From positions 190,712,001-190,776,000 of the forward strand of contig JANJGN010000004.1 of NCBI GenBank assembly GCA_026770705.1: a stretch of DNA of 64,000 bases. The letters run 5' to 3'. The notes beneath the pieces were generated by a model. It saw only the letters and a program-made list of their open reading frames with translations, was not told the origin of the DNA and ran no database searches. Shown here piece by piece: positions 23,101 through 34,660 of the stretch. Both the position numbers and the translations under genes were made by a program. Every line of letters begins with the position of its first letter. Within the stretch, counting starts at the first letter, position 1. The stretch is from Isurus oxyrinchus. Lineage: Eukaryota.

Positions 23101-26100
23101 CACTCCCAGGGTATAGAGTGTAACAGTGATGGAAAGGAGTCAGTCACTGTGGCTCAATTGGGAGCTCTCTCATCTCTGAATCAGGAGGTCATAGGTTCAA
23201 TTCAACTCCAGAGATCTGAGCATAAAGTCTAGGCTGACATTCCAGTGTAGTACTGAGAGACTGCTCTACTTTTGGAATTGCTGCCTTTCAAAACAGTAAT
23301 TAAGCTTAGGCCCTGCCTGTCCTCTCAACTTCATGTAGAAGATCCCACATCACTATTTTAAAGAAGAGTGTGGGAGTAATTCCTGGCATTGTGTTCAATA
23401 CTTATTTCTGAAAGAACATCACTAAAACATATTGTCTGGTCACTATCTCATCACTGCTTATGGGACCCTGCCGTTTGCAAAATAGCTGTGGTACATGCTG
23501 CATTAAAACAATGTCTACACTTCAAAGAAAAATTCCACCATTCAGTTAGATCATGGCTGACCCGCATCCTAAATCTATTTACCTGCCCCTCTTCCACAAT
23601 TCTTAATATCCTACTCTAACAAAAATCTATTAACCTCAGTGTTGAAATGTTCCACTGAGCCTCAGCCTCGACAGGATTTTAATGGGGAGGGTTCCAGATT
23701 TTCAATTTGTGTGAAGAAGTGCTTCCTGACACCAGCCATGAATGGTCAAGCTCCAAATTTGCCATTATGTCCCCTTGATCTACCCTCACCGGAGGAAACA
23801 GTTTCTCTCAACACTCCATTTAATGATCTTAAACATTTCAATCAGTTCACCACTTAATCTTGTATACTCAGAGTATATAAATGTTTTCTCTGTAACCTTT
23901 CCTCATAATTTAATAATTTTAAAAAGTTCATTTCTGGGATGTGGGTGTCACCGACTAGGCCAGCAATTATTGCCCATCCCTAATTGCCCTTGAGAAGGTG
24001 GTGGTGAGCTGCCTTCTTCAACTGCTGCAGTCCCAGCGGTGTAGGTATACCCACAATGCTGTTAGGGAGGGAGTTCCAGGACTTTGACCCAGCGACAGTG
24101 ATGGAATAGCCAATATTTTTCCAAGTCAGGATGGTGAGTGGCTTGGAGGGAGCTACCAGGTGGCTGTGTTCCCATGTGGCTGCTGTCCTTGTCCTTCTAG
24201 ATGGTAGCGGTTGTGGGTTTGGAAGGTGCTGTCTAAGGAGCCTTGGTGAATTCCTGCAATGCACCTTGTAGATGGTACACACTGCTGCTACTGTGTGTCG
24301 GTGGTGGAGGAAGTTAATGTTCGTGGATGTGGTGCCAATCAAGCAGACAGCTTTTTCCAGGATGATGTCAAGCTTCTTGAGTGTTGTAGGAGCTGCACTT
24401 ATCTAGGCGAATGGGGGGTATTCCATCACATTCCTGACTTGTGCCTTGTGGATGGTGGACAGGCTTTGGGAAGTCAGGGGATGAATTTCTCGTCTCAGGG
24501 TTCCTAGCCTCTGACCTGCTCATGTAGCCACAGTATTGATATGGCTAGTCCAGTTCAGTTTCTGGTCAATGGTAACCCCCTGGATGTTGATAGTGGGGGA
24601 TTCAGTGATGGCGATGCCATTGAGCATCAAGGGGCAATGTTTAGATTCTCTCTTGTTGCAGATGGTCATTGCCTGGCACTTGTGTGACTTGAATGTTATT
24701 TGCCACTTGTCAGCCCAAGCCTGGATATTGCCCAGGTCTTGTTGGATTTGGACATGCCATCTTCAGTATCTGAGGAGTCGCGAATGGTGCTGAACATTGT
24801 GTAATCATCAGCAAACATCCCACTTCTGCCCTTATGATGGAAGGAAGGTCATTGATGAAGCAGCTGAAGATGGTTGGGCCAAGGACACTACCCTGAAGAG
24901 CTCCCTCCTGCAGAAATGTCCTGGAGCTGAGATGACTTGACTTCCAACAACCACAACTATCTTCCTTTGTGTTAGGTATGATTGTGATTTGTAGAGAGTT
25001 TTCCCTATGATTCCCATTGACTCCAGTTTTGCTAGAGCTCCTTGACGCCACACTCTGTTAAATCCAACTTTGATGTCAAGGGCAGTCACTCTCATTTCAC
25101 CTCGGGAGTTTAGGTCTTTTGACCATGTTTGGACCAAGGCTGTAATGAGGTCAGGAGCTGAGTGGCCCTGATGGAACCCAAATTGGGCGTCAGTGAGCAG
25201 GTTATTGCTAAGCAAGTGTCGCTTGATGACACTGCTGATGACCCCTTCCATTACTTCACTGATAATCGAGAGTAATTGACTGGGTTGGATTTGTCCTGCT
25301 TTTTGTGTACAGTACATACCTGGGCAATTTTCCATATAGCCGGGTAGATGTCAGTGTTGTGGCTGTACTGCAACAGCTTAGCCAGGGGTGCGGCAAGTTC
25401 TGGAGCACAAGTCTTCGGTGCTATTGTTGGAATATTGTCAGGGCCCATAGCCTTTGGGTTATCCAGTGCCTTCAGCTGTTTCTTGATTTCACATGGAGTG
25501 AATCGAATTGGCTGAAGACTGGCATCTGTGATACTGGGGACCTCCAGAGGAGGCCAAGATGAAACAATCACTCGGCACTTCTGGCTGAACATTGTCGCAG
25601 ATGCTTCAGCCTTATCTTTTGCACTGATGTGCTGGGCTCCTCCATCATTGAGAATGGGAATATCTGTGGAGCTTCCTCCTCCAGTGAGTTGTTCAATTGT
25701 CCACCACCATTCATGACTGGATATGGCAGGACTGTAGAGCTTAGATTTGATCTGTTGGTTGTGGGATCGCTTAGCTCTGTTTATCACTTGTTGCTTATGT
25801 TGTTTAGCATGCAAGTAGTCCTGTGTTATAGCTTCACCAGGCTGACATCTCATTCTTTAGTATGCCTGTTGCTGCTCCTGGCATGCCCTCCTGCACTCTT
25901 CATTGAATCAGAGTTAAACCCATGACTTGATGGTAATGGTAGACAGGGGGACATGCTGGGCCATGAGGTTACAGATTGTGTTTGAGTACAATTCTACTGC
26001 TGCTGATGGCCCACAGGCGCCTCATGGGTGACCAGTCTTGAGTTGCTAGATCTGTTCGAAATCTATCCCATTTAGCAAGATGGTAGTGCCACACAACATG

Positions 26101-29100
26101 CTGGAGTGTATCCTCAAAGTGACTTTGTCTCTACAATGACTGTGTGGTGGACACTCCTCCTGGTGGTCACTCCTGTGAAAGACCAACATAAAACAAGTGA
26201 CAGATGGACCTTTGTTGGGGGGTGGGGGGTGGTGGTGGCAGTGTGGGAGAATGGGAGGGAGGGAGCCGTGGTTGGCGAGAAAGGATAAAATAGAGGATGG
26301 AAAGGGAGATAAATGGTTAAAGTGAATTAATAAAAATGAAAATAAGTAAATAAAAAATAAAAATAAACTTTTAAAAAGGAGTGAAGACTCCCTTCTTTTA
26401 AAATTTATTTTTAATATTTATTTACAATTAAAAAGGAATGAAGAATCACTTTTTTGAATTTATTTTTTATTTACTTATTTTCATTTTTATTCATTCATTC
26501 ATTGTATTATCCCCCTTTTTTATCCATTATCCCCAACCACCACTGACCCCCACCCCCTCCACCCAAAGGGCCATCTGTCACTTGTCTATGTTGTTCTTTC
26601 ATAAAGTGCTGACTGCTGACCCTTTGTTATGGCACAGCCGATGGTAAATGCTGGTGAACTTGAAACAACTGCCACAACTTGTTTTGCAATTTGTGTAAAT
26701 TTCGAGATGCATGCCTTGAATTCAGTAGTAATAAGATCACCAAGTCTAATTGATTTCTTACCAAACTAAGTTAAATATTTATTAATAGAAGAAATGATTT
26801 TAATTACATACATAGATCTACAAATTACTACTATGATAACTTCTAAATCCCCTAATTAATCTAACTCCCAGTTAAACTTTCATTAAGACACATAGATTTT
26901 AAAAGACCCAGGCAAAGAAACATAATATCCTGAAACAGTAGAATTCAAAGTGAGCTTTCTTAACTTCAGGTCTCTGTAGACAGCAGTTTGAGGTGTAGAT
27001 GCCGAAGGCTTTTCACACATGTTAGATCTTAAACTGCCTTCCCTTACACACAGACTTTGCTCCTTTATACATATTTTCCCCTTTGAATGCAAATTCCTAT
27101 TGTTTCACTATGTCTTTGGACTTTTCCTTTCTGATAATAAAATCCTCTCATATCGCTAATTTTACCAGTAATCTTTGGGAAAAATAAACACACTGTTTCT
27201 AAACTTCACCTGGCTAGGTGATACATTTCACCCCTCCTTTGAAAACAATCTAATCTGGTTTATTTTAAAATTCAGAAGTCCTTTTATACCTTACATTCTA
27301 AACTTCCCCCATGTTTACATAAAAACCTTCAGACCAGCTGCCTTTAATCCAATTAAGTCACACACACACCACTATTTTACAATAAATTTCAATAATATTA
27401 TTATATCTTCCTGACACCTTGTTCTGCAATTAACACATTCTACTTTCTTACCTTTATGCCATTATCGGCACCATTTTTAGTCCACTACCATTCACACTCC
27501 CTTTATATTGTGTCAATCTCTCCTTAGTTCCCACCTATCATTGACCTTCTATCCTGCTTTACCTGCTCCACCCCCTTAAACAGTATAATTTCCATCACAC
27601 TTCTACTTCTCTTTAGCTCTGAAGAAGAGCTGCACGGACTAGAAACGTTAACTTTGTTTCTCTCTCCACAGATGCTGTCAGACCTGCTGAATTTTCCCAG
27701 CATTTTCTGTTTCTATTTCATATTTCCAGCATCCACAGTATTTTGCTTTTATCATATTATTGGTACGATCCATTTGTTGTTTTTTATCCACAGTACATAC
27801 TCTTTGCCTAGTTCAGCTACATTACCACAATATTTTTGCTCTGCAATTGAGTTCCAAACTTGTCTACAGACTTTAATTATTGTTTCCACATTGCTGGGCT
27901 CTCATCTTTTCTTGTCTCTGATTTGATCTCTCTTCCTGTTCAGTTGCAAAGACTTTACCCATTGTGACATTGTGCATTCCGCTTGGAGTGAAACTCCTTT
28001 CCCTTCTCGTGATGTGGATCATTTTATACAGGGACAAAACCAGGTATGGAATATTGCTGGGAGGCTTTTGCCTTTAAATGCCTAGAGTTCAATTTATGGA
28101 TGAACTTTGGTCAGTGTGTGTTGGCAGGTGATTGAGACAATGACCACACAGTACACGTCCAGCAGATGTCACTGGATACCAGCAGGAACAGGAACCCTGG
28201 GCAACGTTTCTTCTCCCTATCCCAATAGCACTTAGACCAATTGGAGGGACCCAAATGCAGCCCAGCGGGGATTGGCTAACTCAGCCCAGATAGGGAATCG
28301 AAACCAGCCCTTCCTAGTCTGTACAATTCAGTTCCTCACAGCATGAACTTGCTGAACTTTGGGGGCCTGGTTAAAACTTCTTGACCACCTCCATTCACTA
28401 GAATCTAGTGGAATCTTAAGTTTAGTTTCTAGTTTAGAATCTAAGGGGAGGCGATGGCATAGTGGTATAATCACCTAACTAGTAATTCAGAGACCCAGGG
28501 TAATGCTCTGCGGACCCAGGTTTCAATCCTGCCACGGTCGATGGTGAAATCTTAATCCAATAAAAATCTGGAATTAAAAATCTGATGACGACCATGAAAC
28601 CATTTTTGATTGTTGTAAAAACCCGTCTGGTTCACTAACGTCCTTTAGGGAAGGAAATCTGCCATCCTTACCTGGTCTGGTCAACATGTGACCCCAGAAT
28701 CACAGCAATGAGGTTGACTCTTAAAAGCCCTCTAAACTAGGGTAACTAGGGATGGGTAATAATTGCTGGCCTGGCCAGTGACACTCACATCCCATGAGCT
28801 AATAAAAAAAAGTGTTATTTGTACAGTGCTGTTAGGAAGGGAGTTTCCATTTTTGATCCAGGATGATGTGTGGCTTGGAGTTGCAAGTAACTCAACTCCT
28901 GATTCCCCAAAGCCTGTCCACTATCTACAAGGCACTAGTGAGGAACATGATGGAATACTCTTCACTTGCCTGGATGAGTGCAGCTCCAACAACACTCAAG
29001 ATGCTCAACCATCCAGGACAAAGCAGCCCACTTGATTGGCTCCCCATCCACCACCTCCAATGTCCATTCCCTTCACAACCGAAGTACATTGGCAGCAGTG

Positions 29101-30111
29101 TGTACCACTTTCAAGAGGCACTGCAGCAATTCACCAAGGCTCCTTAAACAGCACCTTCCAAACCTGCAACCACTACAACCAAGATGGGAACACCAGCACC
29201 TGCAGGTTCCCCTTCAATTTGCACACAATCCTGACTTGGAAATATATCGCCGTTCCGTTACTATCCCTGGGTGAAAATCCTGGAAATCCCTCCCTAACAG
29301 CACCATGGGTATACCTACAGTACATGGACTGGAGCGGTTCAAGAAGGTGACTCACCACCACCTTCTCAAGGCAATTAGGGATGGGCAATAAAACTGCTGT
29401 CCTAGCCATTGATGTCACGCCCCATGAAAGAACAACAAAGAATTCCTAGCATCTGATCTGCTCTTGTAACTACAGTATTTGTAGGGCTGGTCATGTTCAG
29501 TTTTTGGTCAATGACCATATTTTAATCTCTTTTGACTAGAATTTACATTGTGTGTGAATGATGCCTACTAGAGAGACAGTAATAATATTCTGATTTAATT
29601 TGACAAGTTTCCTTTGTTTTGTTCATAATTTAGTGGGTTTTGTTTATGTCCCTTTAAAAAGATTAATCCACTTTCATTAGATTGATGTTGTTTTGTTTAA
29701 TACTGCGGGTGTCATCCTGAGAGGCCAAAGAAAGAGTAGAAAGTAGAGACAGAAAACATGATTTAACTTGTTAATTATCCTTCAGTTTTGGTCACCTGAG
29801 CTAATATCTCCTTTTGTAGCTCAGACCTTCCACAGATTACACTGATGTGAAGCAGTTTGGGGTTCTTTGCTAATATTAAAGGTGGTATGTAAATGCAAGT
29901 TGTTCTCAGAAACAGGATCAGAAACAGGAACAGCAATCAGCCACATTGTTTCAGTATTCACGCTGATTCTGATCTGTTATTAAATGTGTTGGGTATTCTA
30001 TTTAAACAGCTGCTGGTCGTGTGTGGCGGTGCTGAAAATTCTCTTATCTTACTGTTAATATGCCTCATTGTAATTGATCTCCTTTTTGTTCCCAGAAAGG
30101 AGCAGGACTGA
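14070..30111 (+). CDS. Siglec-15-like Ig-superfamily type I membrane receptor (leader-IgV-IgV-TM(Lys)-short tail), 306 aa; join(14070..14130,15148..15540,22741..23091,27944..28043,30096..30111)
   Basis: Five exons with GT..AG introns in compatible phases (1,1,1,2). Exon lengths 61+393+351+100+16 = 921 nt, open to TGA at 30109-30111. Domain motifs match the Siglec-15 V-set and the Siglec-15 TM lysine. Confidence 0.88.
14352..14556. mobile_element. Short Penelope-like terminal-repeat insertion with inverted arms and ~12-14 bp TSD
   Basis: TTCAGTAAGATCAT at 14338-14351 and 14555-14568. Arms 14387-14445 and 14497-14556 are reverse complements. Confidence 0.8.
14455..14493 (+). ncRNA. Minimal type I hammerhead ribozyme-like motif
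   Basis: AGTT-CTGTCGA-A-GGGTC/ATGAG/GACTC-GAAAC-GTC-AACT: stem I AGTT/AACT, stem II hairpin, GAAA core, palindromic ACGT helix III. Confidence 0.65.
15148..15540 (+). CDS. Exon 2: Siglec-15-like IgV domain 1
   Basis: Pyrimidine tract with CCTACAG acceptor, donor G|GTGAGG. Translation [71 protein letters not shown] mirrors Siglec-15 (LPCTFTHPH, VFRC..ELC, RFRLLGN..NDLS..ERL..D..YFCRVE). Confidence 0.93.
15680..19880 (+). repeat. ~4.2 kb polypurine G/A low-complexity array, grading into GGGACAGAGCGGGGGAGGGGGAGA-like units
   Basis: Almost only G and A on the + strand. Source of the spurious G/E/R- and P/S-rich ORFs. Confidence 0.95.
20640..21130 (+). mobile_element. Ancient Penelope-like element coding fragment (homolog at 52660-52745 and 54523-54900)
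   Basis: [34 protein letters not shown] resembles the linker region of fish Penelope-like ORFs (recognition from memory). Confidence 0.55.
22741..23091 (+). CDS. Exon 3: second IgV domain
   Basis: Acceptor CTTTCCTCAG, donor G|GTGAGT, phase 1/1, 117 codons. V-set motifs [24 protein letters not shown]...D..TYLCVVE. Confidence 0.9.
23140..23530 (+). mobile_element. tRNA-derived DeuSINE (SacSINE1/AmnSINE1-like)
   Basis: Box A (TGGCTCAATTGG) and box B (GGTTCAATTC) head. Deu-domain-like GATCCCACATCACTATTTTAAAGAAGAG..ACATCACTAAAACA..CTACACTTCAAA. Confidence 0.7.
23925..26170 (-). mobile_element. LINE (CR1/L2-group) RT fragment with 3' tail
   Basis: [64 protein letters not shown]. Confidence 0.88.
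26625..27416. mobile_element. Solo LTR (Gypsy-like), 792 bp
   Basis: TGTTAT...TGACA termini flanked by the 4-bp TSD CCTT (26621-26624, 27417-27420). Confidence 0.72.
27615..27653 (+). ncRNA. Degenerate minimal hammerhead motif (canonical CTGAAGA core)
   Basis: AGCT-CTGAAGA-AGAGCTGCACGGACTA-GAAAC-GTT-AACT inside a Penelope-like terminal repeat. Confidence 0.55.
27944..28043 (+). CDS. Exon 4: transmembrane segment with intramembrane Lys ([33 protein letters not shown])
   Basis: Long pyrimidine tract with TTCAG acceptor, donor AG|GTATGG. Hydrophobic stretch followed by a basic stop-transfer. Not in the ORF track; translated manually. Confidence 0.87.
28445..28811 (+). mobile_element. tRNA-derived SINE with LINE-derived 3' tail
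   Basis: TGGCATAGTGG box A, GGTTTCAATCC box B. Tail GGGATGGGTAATAATTGCTGGCC..CACATCCC followed by an A-run, shared with neighbouring LINE fragments. Confidence 0.8.
28870..29440 (+). mobile_element. LINE 3' fragment (same family as 23925-26170)
   Basis: [40 protein letters not shown]. Confidence 0.85.
30096..30111 (+). CDS. Exon 5: short cytoplasmic end (R)KEQD*
   Basis: CTTTTTGTTCCCAG acceptor, phase 2 matching the exon 4 donor. A homologous exon with the stop in the same place is at 61828-61843. Confidence 0.75.
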
Positions 30112-30391
30112 TCCATCACAGGAGATTGAGAAACCTAATGTACAAACTGCAATTTAAACCTGTTCCACTCGTCCTGCACTCAATCTCAGCCAGCAATTTA
30201 AGATGGACTTGCTTAAGTGATTATTCACTCTGCGATCCTGGGTCCTGAGTGCAAAATTCTTCTGGTTAATCAGCTATTTGGCATGGTTCTGCATCACGCT
30301 GTGGTGATCATTTAGTCTTGGTGGGAGAGTGCAACACGGGTGAAAGTGAATCAACAGCCTGATTAAAATCTCTGTCATTGGTTGGAATGGA

Positions 30392-30397
30392 AATAAA
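30392..30397 (+). promoter_or_regulatory. Candidate polyadenylation signal AATAAA (alternative at 30753-30758)
   Basis: First AATAAA about 280 nt after the stop codon. Confidence 0.4.
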
Positions 30398-31174
30398 AAT
30401 GGGGAAGGATGTAAAACTGGATGCTGATTGGCTGTTTTACACTAATGCACCAAGTCTAAATGATCCCAATACTCCAAATGGAATTTGAATATAAGCATGC
30501 TCAGTATAACTATAATGTAAATAGTGGGAGAGCTCATGTGGCAGAGCTGACTGTGAGTAGGACAAGTTTGAACTGCCAATTATTACAGGTGCTTTGCTCA
30601 GGGAACTGGCTGCTGCTTCCAAGTCCTTGGCTGTGATGGGAGATTCTGTGGAGGTCAGCCTGCTTTCAATAAGTGATCTCAGAGCGAATCTGTGCTTTTA
30701 CTGTCAGTCTAGCAACGTTACAAGATGGAGCTGCAATGATTGTGAAAAGTGCAATAAATGAACAATTGCATGTGTGTGTACCTTGACCCCTCTTTAGTAC
30801 TAAGTTGCACTACATTTCATGGAACCATGGGGCACAGAAGCAGGCCATTCAGCCCATCATGCTATCCAACAAGTCCCGCTTCCCTGTTCTCTCCTCATAA
30901 CCCTGAAAACGTTTCTCTATCCAATTTCCAATTGAAAATACTATTGAATATGTTTCCATCTTCTTTTCAGGCAGCACATTCCATATCAAATCTTTGTAAA
31001 AAACGTTTCTTTAAGCTGCTTCTAGTTATTTTGCTAGTTACCTTAAATCTGTATCCTCTGGTTACCCAATACTGACCTGTACTGAACACTTAAAAAAAAA
31101 ACAATCTCAGGATGTGGGTGTCCCTGATAAGACGGGTATTTATTGCAGAGGGAGTCTTACTCTGCATCGAACCT

Positions 31175-31814
31175 ATCTGGGTGGGCAGGGAGCCGATCCC
31201 CGCCGGAGAAATGGGCCCCGCCGCCATTTTAAGTGGGCGGGCCATAACGGCTATGCGCTCCCTGTGTGGGCGGGTGAGGGGGGGATTCCCCAAAAGCGAG
31301 AGTGCGCTCTTACACGCATGCGCACGAAAGAGCGCACATCTCCCTGAGGCTAAGTGCTGCCTCAGGGAGATCGCTGAAAGTTTCTCAAGCTTTAAAAATA
31401 GAAAAATAAATAAATCATTAACATGTCTCCCTCATCTGACAATGTCACACAAGATGGGACATGTTAATACATTTCACAAAAACTTTAATAAGCTTTTTTA
31501 AACCCTACATGAAACCTCTTCCGCCAGTGGATGAGGTTTCATGTATTATCAGAAGCCCGCTGGGGCTCCTGGCCTGCCCACCAGCCTTAAGGTTGGACAG
31601 GCAGGTCCTTTAATTGTTTTAACGACCCTGTCGGTGGCCTCAATCAGCCATTGACAGGTCGGCGGGTGGAGAGCTGATTTTGCTGTGCCCCCGCCTTCCT
31701 GAAGGTTTAAATGGGGCGGGATGACCTCGGGGGTTCCTCCCAACGTCACCCCGTGTCATTTTACCCTCGGCGAGTGGGCCCCACCTCCAGTTCACTGACT
31801 GAAAAATTCAGCCC
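31175..31814. mobile_element. Non-autonomous Harbinger-type (MITE-like) insertion, specific to copy 1
   Basis: Absent from the homologous 63110-63140 region. Ends in AAAATTCAGCCC, the same terminus as the other Harbingers. Confidence 0.7.
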
Positions 31815-31959
31815 CTGCTCTGGGAGTGTTTGATGGGGACAGTGTAAAAGGAATTTTACTCTGTATCTCACCCATGCTGTACCTGGCTTGGGAATGTTTG
31901 ATAGGACAGTGTGTGGAGGGTTTTATTCTGTATCTAACCTGGGCTATACCTGTCCTTGC

Positions 31960-32258
31960 AGCATGGTGGGTCTGTCAGCTGCTATTCTGACAGCTGTCGA
32001 TGTTCTTTCAGTCTGTGACACTTTTCTGTTTCCCCTAAATTCCAATCAGCCTTCCAAGTTAACAGCTGTCTATTAGGAGATCAGGATTATTCACTCCTTA
32101 CATGGCTCATGAGTCCGATTTGGAACCCGCATATTATTGAACAGCAGGAGTGTAATGACAGCCAGGATATCACTGCAGACATTAACCATCAGAAAATCAC
32201 CATTTTGAAACAATGCCTTCATTGCTGGGACTGTTCTTGTGGAGTCCTGCACTTCACT
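31960..32258 (+). mobile_element. Very old Harbinger transposase fragment (pre-duplication)
   Basis: LGDQDYSLLTWLM motif; homologous to 63230-63530. Confidence 0.6.
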
Positions 32259-32259
32259 T

Positions 32260-34660
32260 GTTAGGAACTAGAGATAGTTTAAGAAAGTTATATTTGTATT
32301 TGTGGATATTAGAAATTAGTTTTAGCTTTAAGTTTAAGTTTATTTTGTGTTTTGACATTGGTGTGTTAAGAAAGGGGGGAACTTGAGTTTTAGTTTCATG
32401 TTAAGAGTTGCCTGCAAGTCTGTGGGTTTGTTGGTACGCCTGCATTTTTAATGAGGTTTTTTGACTCGAAAAACTGGGCTGTTGCCTAGCAACATGTGGC
32501 CCACAGATACAAAGAAAGCAGTTCGAGTTCAGTTGGTCATTATGCTCGAAGGTGAAGAGAGCCAATTAAGTCTCTCTCTAACAGGACATACTAGCAGATT
32601 GTTGAGAAATATAAGTCTAAGAATCTTGGATGAGTTGCTCTAAAAGTTAAGGTAACAGTGAATACTGAGTGGGTTCTGGATCTCAGTGGAGATACCAAGT
32701 TGTCAGCAGTATACGGGGGGAGGGAGCTGCAGGGAGCAGGTCCTAAAGGAAAAGGAGAAAGGTCCAGAGAAGACCTTTAAGTTAAGTCAACCAACATGGA
32801 AGGCCCCAACCAATCAGGACACTGGCAAAACTGGCATCATAAATTCAGCAGGTATAGGACTGATACAGGGTTAGCACAGAAGCCTGATAAATAGCAAGTT
32901 AGTACACACCTCTATTCCATTGGCACCAGGGCAGAGAACATTTTAGTAAGATAGGGTGTTAACGAGGACACAGGAACCTAAGAAGAGGTTATTAAAGCCT
33001 TTGATTCGTCTTTCAGTTTTGGAGGAACATCAATATAGACCGGACGAGGTTTAACAGGTGCACTCAGGAATTCAGAGGAAGTACTCACTTTTTCAAAAAT
33101 GACCTGAATCACTTGGATGTTGGTTGCGAATATGGGGCCCTAAAGGGGGAAACTCATCCAAGACTGCATTGTGGTAGGCGTGTTTGACAAAGCCCTCTGT
33201 GATTATTTTGTAGTCCAGAGAAGAACTAAAATATCCAAAGCAGTTCAATTAGCCGGAGAGGCTGAACAACATAAGCAGAATTGAGTTTTAAGCCAGGGTG
33301 ATAGAGACCATTGATTCAGTCCAGTTCATGAGCAATAGTGCACCCACTAAAAGGCAGTCCCAGAAAAAAGAGGGGCTGGTTGCCATCATTGTCCAATGCT
33401 CACAAGGGGTCTGGGGGCACTCCACTGAAGATGCAAGAGCAGATGACTGTACCACTTCGGTGTAATGGCAGAGAACTTACTGACAAACTCTATGTTATTC
33501 GTAAGCAAGATTGCTCTTCATTAACTATCAAGTTACCACTGATGAGTGTGACTAGAACCTTACTGATAAATTTGACCAGAATGCTCATCCATCTGACTAT
33601 TCTGGTAAGGACTCTGATGACATGGAACAACCTGGTGCAGGCAGTGACCTTCACAAAGTGAAACCTGGAACAGAAATTCCTAAAATAGCCTGTGGGACAA
33701 TTGTAGAACACAAAGCTGACTCCCCAAACCCTGATCTCAAGGAGGAAGAGGAAATGACTGAAACTCCTAATGTACTAGCTATTGGTCTCACACCCACTTC
33801 AGATGTACAAAGACTGTGACTTCTCCAAATCTAGTAGAAACAGCAGAACAACCTAATACAGTAAAATACTATATAGTAACACAGCCTGAGGTGACAGATG
33901 TTGCCTTGATTGCTGAAGCTCTTGACAAGCCAATACCTAGTGAACAGCAAACTCACAATGACGTGAAAGCAGAGTGTGTGCATGCTGAACAACCACAAAC
34001 AGAAAGACAGTATTAACAAAAGTATCATTAACTCCACTTGAGAATAATCTTCATTCCCCTGTCTGGCAATCCGATTCATCCCTGAAGGTGACATTGGGAT
34101 TGCACAGCGCTTCAGTTCCTGGCACAGGAATCACTGAATATAGTTAAGCATTGCCAGACAATGAAATTGCTGGATCAGAAGGTTGCAGACCCACTGCAGC
34201 TATATAAACCTTAACAGGAGCTGATAAAGTCTCAGTCCTTTGAGAAAGAGCCACCAGCTGTAGAACTTATAAAAGGGATACAAAAAGGAAGATAAAGAAC
34301 ACATTTGTTCATCACCTTTATTATGTACACCAGAAACAGGAATCTCTGTCTTCTGATTTAAGTGTGTGTCTGGTAGAATATGGAGAACATATGTCTTCCA
34401 AGAAAGCCAAGAACACAGTCAGAGATTAATGCAACCACCACAAGAGATTGAGTGGGGGATGGAAGTAGGATGTCTAAATATTTAGTGAGCAGAATGAAAG
34501 ACTTGGAAGAGACGTAGTATAAAAGGGCTAATAGCTATTATGCTAATAACTCATATACATCATTAGTAATGTCAGGTCACAAGTCATTGGAACTCAGACA
34601 AAGATGCTTATGGAAGGAGCCTCGTGCTCATCTATCCCTCAACACAGTTGTCTTATCGTT
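32260..34660 (+). mobile_element. Degenerate Gypsy-like LTR retrotransposon remnant
   Basis: Starts TGTTAGGA at the point where homology with copy 2 stops. Gag-like YGALKG(E)LIQDCIVVG near 33130-33180. Right boundary uncertain. Confidence 0.5.

Larger units (their letters stand above)
26180..27755. mobile_element. Penelope-like terminal region with inverted duplication, interrupted by a solo LTR
   Basis: Inverted arms 26193-26361 vs 26459-26585. Continues after 27417 to the hammerhead motif and the GATGCTG..GACCTGCTGA tail. Confidence 0.6.

Noticed and set aside
23140-23230. tRNA genes at the SINE heads (also 28445-28540)
   Set aside because: Only degenerate A/B boxes are present, continuing into SINE bodies. 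No complete cloverleaf.
14070-30111. Assigning the symbol SIGLEC15
   Set aside because: V-V architecture, very short tail and tandem duplication differ from the canonical single-copy V-C2 gene. Orthology needs phylogeny and synteny.
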